A stretch of DNA of 20,000 nucleotides, from IMG/VR virus record IMGVR_UViG_3300010338_000756. One strand, given 5' to 3'. The first letter of the stretch is position 1. Each line of letters opens with the position of its first letter. Below the pieces are notes generated by a model. It was not told the DNA's origin. It ran no database searches and saw only the letters and a program-made list of their open reading frames with translations. Positions 1 through 7,734 of the stretch are shown here, piece after piece. This DNA comes from an uncultured virus (IMG/VR IMGVR_UViG_3300010338_000756) (taxonomy: Duplodnaviria > Heunggongvirae > Uroviricota > Caudoviricetes). A program made the translations under genes and the position numbers.

Positions 1-222
1 CCTCGCCCATCCTGACCGCCACGCGGACGGCGCGCCCGGTGCTGTCGCGGTCACTGCAACGTCACCGGATACACGCCCCACAGGGCCTGCCGCACCCTGC
101 CCCAATGCGCGCGCTCCTGCCCGGTGTCCTGCCCTTCTGGCACCTCGCGAGGCTCAGGTCGCAGAGCTCACCGTGCTCGGCATGGCAGACGCTGTCCAGC
201 GGGGTCCACACCGGGGAGCCCG

Positions 223-462
223 TCACTCAGGCACCGCCACCCCGACGCGGCGCAGCAGGGCCTCAAGCATCTGGACTCGATCTAGGAGCCGATCTTCCTC
301 GCTGCGCTGGCTGGGAGCGATCAGCTCTTCCGCGATGGCCTTGCGCCCGGCTTCGATGGCCTCATTGAGGATGGCGAGCCGAGCCTCGATGACCGCCTGA
401 TCCTGCGCGAGCAGGGCGTCGCTGGCCTCACGGCCTTCGGGTGCGAAGGAAACCTTGTCCAC
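223..462 (-). CDS. Hypothetical helical protein (79 aa)
   Basis: GTG at 462 preceded by GGGGAGAG. Amphipathic helical sequence (AVIEARLAILNEAIEAGRKAIAEEL). 3' part of track ORF 223..579. Confidence 0.6.
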   Translation of the reverse strand: MDKVSFAPEGREASDALLAQDQAVIEARLAILNEAIEAGRKAIAEELIAPSQRSEEDRLLDRVQMLEALLRRVGVAVPE

Positions 463-608
463 GCAGTGCTCTCCCCTGCTGACCCAGCTCGGCCCGCCGA
501 TGGGCGATGCGGTCGCGCAGCGGCAGGGGCCGACCCGTCGGCCGGATGTTCTGCAAGCTCCCCCCGGAGGGGCTGCCAACTCCCATCAAGTTCCGTATCT
601 TCATGGCT

Positions 609-851
609 TCACCGAGTTTCCACTGACCGAATCCAGAGGGTCAATCCCCACACCACGAGCGCCAGCAGCGTAGCACCCACTGCCACGCCGCCGCACAGGG
701 CCGCCAGCGCGAAGTGCCACCGCCCGAAGATCAGCCCCGTGAGGAAGGCGAGCCACGCGAGGATCATCAGGCCCACGGGCGCCCACTCGGCGGGAATCTC
801 GTATCGCACCGGGTATCGCTTGCGAATCTCGCGCCGCTCAGACCGCTTCAC
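609..851 (-). CDS. Small membrane protein with two predicted TM helices
   Basis: Basic N-terminus followed by two hydrophobic stretches (VGLMILAWLAFLTGLIF; FALAALCGGVAVGATLLALVVWGLTLWI). GGGAG upstream of the GTG. Confidence 0.65.
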   Translation of the reverse strand: MKRSERREIRKRYPVRYEIPAEWAPVGLMILAWLAFLTGLIFGRWHFALAALCGGVAVGATLLALVVWGLTLWIRSVETR

Positions 852-1119
852 GGCTCTTCTCCCGCTCGGCCAGCAGTTCCCGGATCGCGGCGTGGAACTC
901 CCGGGCGCCGTACAGGCGTCGGCCCACGGCCTGCCACGTCTCGGGCTTCTGCCCCCGGCGTGCCGGAGCCATGGCGCCGTAGCCTGCCGCGATCACCTCC
1001 GCCGCAAAGCCCCGGATGAACCGCTTGCGACGGTCGGCCATGTAGGCGTCCACCGTGCGGCACAGCTCGATGTAGCCCGGTTCGTGAATGTGCGGCGCGT
1101 TCTTCCACTGCGGCATCAC
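838..1119 (-). CDS. Hypothetical protein (93 aa)
   Basis: GTGATG start overlaps the TerS stop codon. Protein-like composition. Confidence 0.65.
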   Translation of the reverse strand: MMPQWKNAPHIHEPGYIELCRTVDAYMADRRKRFIRGFAAEVIAAGYGAMAPARRGQKPETWQAVGRRLYGAREFHAAIRELLAEREKSREAV

Positions 1120-1784
1120 TGCGCTTCCAGCAACCGCCGGCCCTGCTCGTCCCCGGCCAGCAGTTCGGCGAACTGCGCTTCGAGCGCCACCAGCCGATCC
1201 TCGGACACCCCGGTCAGGTCGATATTGGCGTGCAGGTGCTTGTGCCGGTGCTCGAAGATCAGCTTGTCGTTGAACAGGCCGAGGTGCTTGCCGAGGTTGA
1301 CCAGTTGACCCTCGACATCAAGCAGCTCGTAGTCGAGGTCATCCCCCACGCGCTTGACTCGGATGGCTTCCATCTGGTCCCGGGTCAGCTCGTGCAATTC
1401 CTTGCGCCGAGCCCGGCGCACCACTTCACCGTCCGGCGTCTGCACCTCTTCGATCACGAGGTAGTCGTACTCGTTGGCGAATGCGATGCGAGCCAGCCTC
1501 CGGAGCACCTGCTCCTGATCGATGGCGATGCGCTCGGCGGACTCGACTGCGACGTGCGCCTGCAGCCACTTGATGTAGTCGGCGTACTTGCGCACGATCT
1601 CGTGGCAGCGGTGCCCGGCGTACTTCTCGGTGTAGCCCGCGCGCAGAGCGGCCTGCGTGATGTTGAAATCCCTGATGTACTCCTCGCAGAACACCCGCAC
1701 CCGATACGTGCGCGGCATCAGTCCGGGGAAGCCGAACCGATGCGCGGGCGGACGTGCCGATGAGGGTGTTGCAGTCTGTTTCAT
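1116..1784 (-). CDS. terS: Terminase small subunit (Terminase_2 / SF6 G1P-like); true start may be the ATG at 1718
   Basis: N-terminal HTH signature FCEEYIRDFNITQAALRAGY, then IDQEQVLRRLARIAFAN and LVNLGKHLGLF, all typical of this family. Confidence 0.88.
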   Translation of the reverse strand: MKQTATPSSARPPAHRFGFPGLMPRTYRVRVFCEEYIRDFNITQAALRAGYTEKYAGHRCHEIVRKYADYIKWLQAHVAVESAERIAIDQEQVLRRLARIAFANEYDYLVIEEVQTPDGEVVRRARRKELHELTRDQMEAIRVKRVGDDLDYELLDVEGQLVNLGKHLGLFNDKLIFEHRHKHLHANIDLTGVSEDRLVALEAQFAELLAGDEQGRRLLEAQ

Positions 1785-1797
1785 GTTGTGTTAGGGT
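1767..1797 (+). promoter_or_regulatory. Sigma70-like promoter, family A (TTGCAG-N17-TAGGGT, extended TGTG)
   Basis: tgTTGCAGtctgtttcatgttgtgtTAGGGT is 24/31 identical to the promoter at 14288-14318. It sits upstream of the plus-strand cassette. Confidence 0.6.
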
Positions 1798-1830
1798 GCG
1801 CCCAACGCTCGATCACAGAAGGAAACAGCC

Positions 1831-1947
1831 ATGCGCAATCTGCTCTCCCGCTTCAACGCCCTGCCCGGTTCCGTGACCTACGCGGCCGGATTCGTGGACG
1901 GCGTCATCGTCGCCCTGATTGTGTACCTGATCGCCCGCTTCGTCTAG
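1831..1947 (+). CDS. Small single-TM peptide, 38 aa (MRNLLSRFNALPGSVTYAAGFVDGVIVALIVYLIARFV); not in the ORF track
   Basis: AAGGA RBS, ATG at 1831, TAG at 1945-1947, GC3-rich codons, hydrophobic C-terminus. Confidence 0.7.
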   Translation: MRNLLSRFNALPGSVTYAAGFVDGVIVALIVYLIARFV

Positions 1948-1950
1948 GTC

Positions 1951-1988
1951 GCATCCTGATGCGGGTCGCGAGGCCCGCATCGGAATGC
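1951..1988 (+). other. Long intergenic RNA hairpin with a GCGA (GNRA) tetraloop
   Basis: GCATCCTGATGCGGGTC-GCGA-GGCCCGCATCGGAATGC forms a 17-position stem with two G-U pairs and one mismatch. No U-tract follows. Confidence 0.6.
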
Positions 1989-2040
1989 CACTTGGCATGA
2001 CGGTCGCCGGCCCGGAGTCCGGCAACACTAGGAGATGACC

Positions 2041-3141
2041 ATGACCACATTGACTCAGGCTTCCCACCAGTGGGCCACCCGTCCGGATGACCAGCGGTTC
2101 ACGTCGCTGTATGACATGCAGTCCTTCCTGCACGCGCAGCGCAGGATGTCGGCGGCCCGCGTGGTGCCCTCGAAGGCGCTCGAAGCGCATCCCGTCGATG
2201 GCGATTCCCGCGCCCTCGTCGTGACCGGCCCCAACGGCGTGCCCGTCGCGCCGACCCACTGGTCCTTCGGCCAGCTCGCGCAGCGTGCCGGCGCCCCGGC
2301 GTCGTACATCCGCGAGCTGCCGAGCGCGCTGGCTGCGGATTGCATCAACTACGGGCTCGTCACGCAGCGCGAAAACGATGATCTCGGCGTGCTGCTCTAC
2401 AAGCCCGAGGATGGTGCCGCGCAGCTCCGCGCCGTCACCGGCCCGAACTACGGGCGGGTGTGGAATTCCAGCATCGTCGATGCGCTCGTGCAGCGCGTGG
2501 GCGACGGCGTGAGCGGCGACTTCCGCGTGCCCGGCGAGTTCGGCGCGCGGGTCGAGGTCACGAAGGAAAACACCACCCTGTTCGCGAGCGACCGGGACAT
2601 GTTCATCTTCCTCGCGGACGAGGAAAACCGGATCGAGGTGCCGAACCGCCGCGACGGGCAACCCGGCTCTCTGGCGCGCGGGTTCTTCCTGTGGAACAGC
2701 GAGGTCGGCTCGCGCTCGCTCGGCATCGCGACGTTCCTCTTCGACTACGTGTGCAGCAACCGCATCGTGTGGGGCGCCCTCGACTACACCGAGGTCCGTC
2801 TCCGTCACACGTCCGGTGCCCCGGCGCGCTGGATCGACGAGGTGTACCCCGCCATCGAGAGCTACGTCCATAGCTCCGCGCAGCCGATCACGGCGCTGAT
2901 CGAGGATGCGCGCACCAAGAAGATCGGCGATGACGTGGACGCCTTCCTGAAGTCCCGCAAGTTCTCCGGCGCGCAGGCGGCGGCGATCAAGGCCGCGCAC
3001 CTGAGCGAAGAGGGCCGGCCCATCGAGTCGCTGTGGGACGCGAGCGTCGGCATCACGGCCTACGCGAAGGGCATCCAGTATCAGGATGCGCGCGTCGAGA
3101 TCGAGCGCGAGGCCGGCAAGGTTCTGGCGCTCGCGGCCTAG
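2041..3141 (+). CDS. DUF932-family phage/plasmid protein
   Basis: Motifs QWATRPDDQRF, LFASDRDMFIFL, RGFFLWNSEVG and DYVCSNRIVWG. AGGAG RBS spacing favours the ATG at 2041 over 2035. Confidence 0.8.
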   Translation: MTTLTQASHQWATRPDDQRFTSLYDMQSFLHAQRRMSAARVVPSKALEAHPVDGDSRALVVTGPNGVPVAPTHWSFGQLAQRAGAPASYIRELPSALAADCINYGLVTQRENDDLGVLLYKPEDGAAQLRAVTGPNYGRVWNSSIVDALVQRVGDGVSGDFRVPGEFGARVEVTKENTTLFASDRDMFIFLADEENRIEVPNRRDGQPGSLARGFFLWNSEVGSRSLGIATFLFDYVCSNRIVWGALDYTEVRLRHTSGAPARWIDEVYPAIESYVHSSAQPITALIEDARTKKIGDDVDAFLKSRKFSGAQAAAIKAAHLSEEGRPIESLWDASVGITAYAKGIQYQDARVEIEREAGKVLALAA

Positions 3142-3168
3142 CCGACGGCTCCGGAATCACGGACACTT

Positions 3169-3194
3169 GGGGCGCTTCGGCGCCCCTTTTTTTT
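3169..3194 (+). terminator. Intrinsic terminator after DUF932
   Basis: GGGGCGC-TTCG-GCGCCCC followed by 8 T. Confidence 0.92.
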
Positions 3195-3205
3195 CGGGAG
3201 GATGC

Positions 3206-3472
3206 ATGTCAGTCAAACGAGCCGCGATCCTCGCACTGCACGGCGAGATCACACTCATCACCACGCAGCGGCGCAAGATGATGGGCGAGCTGACGCGCCT
3301 CACGGCCGAGTTGCACGACACCAAGCGCCCGCCCACGCCGGAGCAGAAGCTGCGATTGCGCAAGGCGATCCGGCAGATGCGCGAGCAGATCGAAGAACTG
3401 CGCGATCACAACCGGGCGATCCTCGACCGAATCAATGATCTCAGGGGCCGGAAAGACCAAGGCCCGCAGTGA
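3206..3472 (+). CDS. Hypothetical basic coiled-coil protein (88 aa)
   Basis: GGGAGG RBS before the ATG at 3206. Heptad-like LRKAIRQMREQIEELRDHNRAILDRINDLR. Confidence 0.65.
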   Translation: MSVKRAAILALHGEITLITTQRRKMMGELTRLTAELHDTKRPPTPEQKLRLRKAIRQMREQIEELRDHNRAILDRINDLRGRKDQGPQ

Positions 3473-3552
3473 AGCGGGCATTGGGCGGCGTCCACGGGGC
3501 GATGAGCACGAATGGACATAGTGTCAGGCACAACACGCGCCGCGGAGTGAGT

Positions 3553-4020
3553 CTACCCCGAGCCGTACATCCAGCGCAACGCATCGGCCGGATCGAACAG
3601 CCGTTCACGCACCGTGCAGACCACAGCCGGAGGATCGCACGGCGGGCCCTCGCGCACCTCTAGCCGTCGCACCTGCCTGTCGTTGCGGATCAGGCGCCCG
3701 TTCGCGAGCGCGTCCAGAAAGGGCTTCACCCTGTTGTCGAGGTCCGAGATTCGCGCGAATCTCGGACTGAACTGCACCAGCATCTCCACCTCGACCGGAT
3801 TCGGGGAATCATAGACCGCCCGGGCTTCCCACAGTTGCTCGCGCACGGCCCGCTGGTAGCTCTTCCCGGGCCGATCCACGTAGGTCACGGAGACGTGTCG
3901 TCCCTGCTTTCTGGAGTAGATGACTGCGGTTCGCCAATATTCGTTCGCGGAGGGAGGCATCGGGAAGGCGACTCGCTCAAGTAGCGTGCGATGCGTGCCC
4001 GTACCAGCATCGAGGCCCAC
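3553..4020 (-). CDS. rusA: RusA-family Holliday junction resolvase (start uncertain: GTG 4020 or ATG 3960)
   Basis: FPMPPSANEYWR, SDLDNRVKPFLDAL and NDRQV match the RusA PPSxN / DxDNxxKxxxD / DDxQ(I/V) motifs. Confidence 0.88.
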   Translation of the reverse strand: MGLDAGTGTHRTLLERVAFPMPPSANEYWRTAVIYSRKQGRHVSVTYVDRPGKSYQRAVREQLWEARAVYDSPNPVEVEMLVQFSPRFARISDLDNRVKPFLDALANGRLIRNDRQVRRLEVREGPPCDPPAVVCTVRERLFDPADALRWMYGSG

Positions 4021-4439
4021 TGCCACGCCAGCGCCCACGGGCTGTACCCCAAGATGTCCTCGACCCTCGTCAGGTGATCCACTTGATCGCCGAAGGTCTG
4101 CTCCCACGTCACCGCACCAATCCCGCTGTCGATCCCGAAGCCCCCCACGTGATAGTGCGCGTGCAGCGGTATTTGCAGGCCCGGATTCTGCCTCTGACCG
4201 ATGCCGGGCACCCCGAACGGGGTCGCCGCCATGGACCCGCCCCGACAGTGATGCAGCGTCACAGGCCGCCGTCCACTGACCACGCAGCGCAGCGTTCGGA
4301 GTCTTGCTTCGTGTTCGGCGACCGAACTTGGCAAATGCACCCATTCGGCGATCCTCGCACAGTCCGGGTTCTCGCAGAACTCGCCGCGCGTGAACGGACA
4401 GGCGTCCGGTTCCATGCAGCGGCAGGTGAGCGCGGTCAC
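3885..4439 (-). CDS. Ref/DUF968-like HNH-type nuclease with a Cys-rich N-terminus
   Basis: CVVSG...TLHHCRGG...GIGQRQ...QIPLHAHYH...WEQTFGDQ follows the Ref/DUF968 pattern. GTGA overlap with the upstream ORF. Confidence 0.65.
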   Translation of the reverse strand: MTALTCRCMEPDACPFTRGEFCENPDCARIAEWVHLPSSVAEHEARLRTLRCVVSGRRPVTLHHCRGGSMAATPFGVPGIGQRQNPGLQIPLHAHYHVGGFGIDSGIGAVTWEQTFGDQVDHLTRVEDILGYSPWALAWQWASMLVRARIARYLSESPSRCLPPRTNIGEPQSSTPESRDDTSP

Positions 4440-4723
4440 TGCACTCTGGCCGGCATGTCCACGATATGCCCCAACCGACTCCCGAGTTCGGAGCGTTCGG
4501 CCGGGCGCAGGTCGCGCTTGAGGTATTCGTCCAGCATCTCGCGCACCTTGCGGTTCGCGGCCACGTCACGCGGGTGATCGTAGGCGTACTGGTAGGCGTC
4601 CACCACTCGCCGCGCGAGCTTGTCCCCGCGCATCGCCAGCGTGCCGATCTCCCGCCCGTAGAGGCGATAGACTTCGAGCACCTGCTCCCACGGCCACGAC
4701 AGGATCGTATTCGGCTCGCTCAC
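4436..4723 (-). CDS. Hypothetical protein (95 aa)
   Basis: GAGGGGG RBS before the GTG. Coupled to its neighbours. Confidence 0.7.
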   Translation of the reverse strand: MSEPNTILSWPWEQVLEVYRLYGREIGTLAMRGDKLARRVVDAYQYAYDHPRDVAANRKVREMLDEYLKRDLRPAERSELGSRLGHIVDMPARVQ

Positions 4724-4732
4724 GCTGCCCCC

Positions 4733-5425
4733 TCAGTTCACCCACAGCTCAAACGGTCTGCGAATCTCGGCGTCGAACTTTGCCGCAACAGCGGGGTCGG
4801 CGTCGAGTGCTGACAGCGATTCGATGCCGAGCGTCTGGCGCACGTACTCGCGCGCAGCGTCCGCAGTGACGCACGGGTCATCCCTGAGATCGCGCAGGTA
4901 GCCGAGGAATTGCGGCCCGGTGATCATCATGTGCGCCTGCTGAGACAGCGTGCGCGGCTTGCGGCGCTTGGCCTGCCGCTCGGCGCGCTCCACGACTTCG
5001 CGCGCGGCCTGATCCACCGGCGCTTCGTCGTCGTCCAGCTCCACGAATGCCGCTGCGAAAAACTCCCCCGGGAGTCCCCGCGCACGCCGCTGACAGCCAT
5101 CGAACGGATGCGAGTACGTCTCGTCGTCGAGCAGGAGCGTGATCGACTGCCCGGTCGGGCCATCCCGCCATCCCCAAAACATGCACTGCCCGTCGTAGCG
5201 CACCTCGCCGCTCGTGGACGATGCGATGGCGACGTGAAAGCGCGTGCCCATCTTGCCACCGCGCGCCTTCTGGAATCGCTTGAACGGATGTACGCGATCC
5301 AGCGAGTCCCCGGCGATCCCGAGTTCCACCGTGCGCCCCACGCCGAGCTCCCACCGCGCGTTCAGCAACTCGACTTCCCCGTGCCATGCGAGGTGACGTT
5401 CCACACCATGCTGTTCAGGCGACAT
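4733..5425 (-). CDS. Hypothetical phage protein (230 aa) with an internally duplicated N-terminal unit
   Basis: Start overlaps the helicase 3' end. The C-terminal LSQQA...AAREYVRQTLGIESLSALDADP segment resembles common phage hypothetical proteins. Confidence 0.75.
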   Translation of the reverse strand: MSPEQHGVERHLAWHGEVELLNARWELGVGRTVELGIAGDSLDRVHPFKRFQKARGGKMGTRFHVAIASSTSGEVRYDGQCMFWGWRDGPTGQSITLLLDDETYSHPFDGCQRRARGLPGEFFAAAFVELDDDEAPVDQAAREVVERAERQAKRRKPRTLSQQAHMMITGPQFLGYLRDLRDDPCVTADAAREYVRQTLGIESLSALDADPAVAAKFDAEIRRPFELWVN

Positions 5426-6947
5426 TTCGCTGCCTCGACTTGGCCGCGCGGATCATGCGACTGCGCACGTAGCGCATCGTCTCGATGGACGGCACAGTCG
5501 GCTCGTATGTGATCCACTGGCGCGGCGGCATGGACCCGATACGATCCCGATAGCAATAGGCGGCAAAGCCCGTGCGCTTGCCATACTTGACGCAATACCC
5601 CAGCAGCTCGGTGTAGAACCTCATGCGCTCGATTTCGCTCATCGCGGCCGGGCTCTTCGTCGAGATCGGCACGAGCAGTCCCTCGACCACCGTGTACTCG
5701 CGGCCCATGCGCTCGAAGTAATAGCCGCACTTCGGGCAGGTGAGCGAGCCCGAGAAGACCGTCTTGCAGTCCGGGCAGGTGAGCGAGCGCAACTCGCCGC
5801 GCTTTTTCTCGGCGGCGCGTCGCTCGCGCGCCTTCTGCTCGCGGCTGCCGTCGAGCGACCAATACCTGTCGTCGATGGCGTAGCCGTGCTCGTGTACGTT
5901 GCCGGCGTGATCGAGCACCAGCAGGTTGTGCTTGCCCGGGAACGTGCGCAATCCACGCCCGAGCATCTGCAAGTAGCGCACGACCGAGCGCGTCGGGCGC
6001 GCCATCACCACGCAATCGATCTCCGGAAGATCGAAACCATAGGTGGCGATGTCGCAGTTGCACAGCACTTGCGTCTCGCCGCTGCGGAAGCGTCCGAATA
6101 CCGCATCCCGGTGCGGCTCGCTCGCCGTGCCGTCGATATGCTCGGCCGCCACGCCAGCGGCCCGGAAGGACTGCGCGAGGTAGCTGGAATGCTCTACGTT
6201 CGTCGCGAACACCACGGTCCTGCGCCCCGGCGCGAGGTTCAACCAGTGCTGCACGATGTCGCCGAGCAGCGGTTGCATCCGCTCGCCAATATCCTTGAGG
6301 TTGTAGTCGCCGGCCACCGTGCGCACGCGAGCGAGGTCCGGCGCGGACGGCGCGTAGTATTCCGCGTCCACGAGATAGCCGTGCGTCGTCAGTTGCCGGA
6401 CGGTGCCGACTTCCTGCAACTCGTCGAACAGCACGCCGAGCGCGCGCCCGTCATACCGCCCGGGCGTCGCCGTGAACCCGATGATCCGGGCCTGCGGGTA
6501 GAGCTGCAACAGCTTGGTGCGCAACTCGGTGAGGTACAGGTGCGCTTCGTCCGCGATCACGATGTCCGCAGACGGAAGCACCAGACGATCCCGCTTCACG
6601 GCCCGGGACACGAGCGTATCCACGCTCGCGACCTGCACAGGCTGATTCAGGGCGATCAGGTGTTTGTCGGTCGCCGTGATCACGCCATACCGGAACGGCG
6701 CGTGTGCGTCGAGCTTGGCACGCAGTTGCGCAATCAGCTCGTGCCGGGGAGCGAGGAACGTCACTCGCGCGCCATCACGCCGCACCGCTCGCTCGGCCAC
6801 CGACATTGCGATGATGGTCTTGCCCGATCCGGTCGGGCTCGCGACGAGAATCCGGCGCGCGTTGCTGGCCTCGATGCGCAGCACGGCGCGCTTCTGGTAC
6901 GGCCTCAGCTCAAGGCCAGTGCAAGGCGTGGACGAACCTGCATCCAT
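5415..6947 (-). CDS. SF2 DEAD/DEAH-box helicase (RadD/YejH-like) with a C-terminal zinc finger
   Basis: Q motif LRPYQ, Walker A SPTGSGKT, DEAH, TAT, motif VI QMLGRGLR, and CPDC...CPKC. The ATG at 6947 is the likely start. Confidence 0.93.
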   Translation of the reverse strand: MDAGSSTPCTGLELRPYQKRAVLRIEASNARRILVASPTGSGKTIIAMSVAERAVRRDGARVTFLAPRHELIAQLRAKLDAHAPFRYGVITATDKHLIALNQPVQVASVDTLVSRAVKRDRLVLPSADIVIADEAHLYLTELRTKLLQLYPQARIIGFTATPGRYDGRALGVLFDELQEVGTVRQLTTHGYLVDAEYYAPSAPDLARVRTVAGDYNLKDIGERMQPLLGDIVQHWLNLAPGRRTVVFATNVEHSSYLAQSFRAAGVAAEHIDGTASEPHRDAVFGRFRSGETQVLCNCDIATYGFDLPEIDCVVMARPTRSVVRYLQMLGRGLRTFPGKHNLLVLDHAGNVHEHGYAIDDRYWSLDGSREQKARERRAAEKKRGELRSLTCPDCKTVFSGSLTCPKCGYYFERMGREYTVVEGLLVPISTKSPAAMSEIERMRFYTELLGYCVKYGKRTGFAAYCYRDRIGSMPPRQWITYEPTVPSIETMRYVRSRMIRAAKSRQRNVA

Positions 6948-7257
6948 CTTGGTCTCGCTTCTCACCCAAATCGTAGACGACATCCACGGACGCAGCACCG
7001 TCTCGGCGCAGCGCCTTCGTGAGCCTATCGCACAACCACTCGTTGCGCCCTTTCAAGCTCGCCAGCACCCAACAGCCACGCACGGGCCAGTGACACGTCG
7101 AGGGGTCGATGGAAGGGTCCACGATCAGGCCATCCGGGGTGAGCACGTCGCTCGCTTCGCGCAGGAACACCGCGTCGATCTCGCCACGCTCAACGAGCGC
7201 GCGAACACGATGCGCGTTGCGCGGGAGTCGTTGCCCGGGTTTCAGGGGTCTCGCCAC
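6910..7257 (-). CDS. Hypothetical protein (115 aa)
   Basis: GTG start just downstream of a good promoter and AAGG. Overlaps the helicase start. Confidence 0.65.
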   Translation of the reverse strand: MARPLKPGQRLPRNAHRVRALVERGEIDAVFLREASDVLTPDGLIVDPSIDPSTCHWPVRGCWVLASLKGRNEWLCDRLTKALRRDGAASVDVVYDLGEKRDQDGCRFVHALHWP

Positions 7258-7286
7258 CGGAATCGCCTTGTGTTGTGCCGTTTCGC

Positions 7287-7315
7287 AGTGTAACGGCGGC
7301 GGCCGGCAAGGTCAA
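7287..7315 (-). promoter_or_regulatory. Sigma70-like promoter, family B (TTGACC-N17-TACACT)
   Basis: Near-consensus boxes followed by ACGGCACAACAC, which is shared with the promoter at 9909. Confidence 0.7.
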
Positions 7316-7324
7316 CCGCAGCGG

Positions 7325-7588
7325 TTACCGGAACAGGTCACGCTGACGCGGCGACCGTCGCGACGGCGCGCGACTGAACATCGGCTTCGCCGGCGCCTTG
7401 GGCTCGGCACGCTCCGGCAGCTTGCGCACGAACTCGCGCACACGCCGCTCGTGATTCGCTTCCCACTGCTCCGGGTCGCCAACGCATTCCAGACGATGAT
7501 CGGCCCAGGTATGCGGATGCACGGGCACCCACCTGCCAGCGCGCAGTTCCCACGAGATCGGATCAGCACACCACTTGCAGCGAGCCAT
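7325..7588 (-). CDS. Small zinc-ribbon-like protein (87 aa)
   Basis: MARCKWC...ISW...WVPV...HRLEC (CxxC...HxxxC) with a basic tail. Confidence 0.7.
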   Translation of the reverse strand: MARCKWCADPISWELRAGRWVPVHPHTWADHRLECVGDPEQWEANHERRVREFVRKLPERAEPKAPAKPMFSRAPSRRSPRQRDLFR

Positions 7589-7594
7589 GCCTGC

Positions 7595-7622
7595 ATCATA
7601 GCGCAAAACAGCCGAGAAACAA
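7595..7622 (-). promoter_or_regulatory. Putative promoter for a leaderless transcript (TTGTTT-N16-TATGAT, 6 nt before ATG 7588)
   Basis: Strong -10 box, no RBS, and the ATG lies at the expected +1. Confidence 0.45.
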
Positions 7623-7702
7623 CGCGAATCACGAGAATGCTGCTGTGCCGCAGCGCGGCCCGGATTATGTCAAATCCCCGGGCCATGGGGAGGGCCGCCG
7701 CC

Positions 7703-7734
7703 CCGAGTCCGAGTCCCGAGTCCCGAGTCCGAGT
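7703..7734. repeat. Five tandem (C)CCGAGT units, giving five GAGTC sites
   Basis: ccgagt ccgagt cccgagt cccgagt ccgagt, followed by cccggg. Confidence 0.9.

Noticed and set aside
62..226. 54-codon minus-strand ORF coupled by GTGA to the 223 ORF
   Set aside because: Atypical codon use and composition with no recognisable features, so it cannot be supported.
609..851. Holin assignment for the two-TM protein
   Set aside because: No adjacent endolysin or spanin genes. Topology alone is insufficient.
1813..3000. 395 aa minus-strand ORF and other long antisense ORFs (5886..7022, 9853..10986, 13350..14426, 17358..18014)
   Set aside because: Shadow frames of well-supported genes on the opposite strand, expected in high-GC DNA. 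No recognisable motifs.
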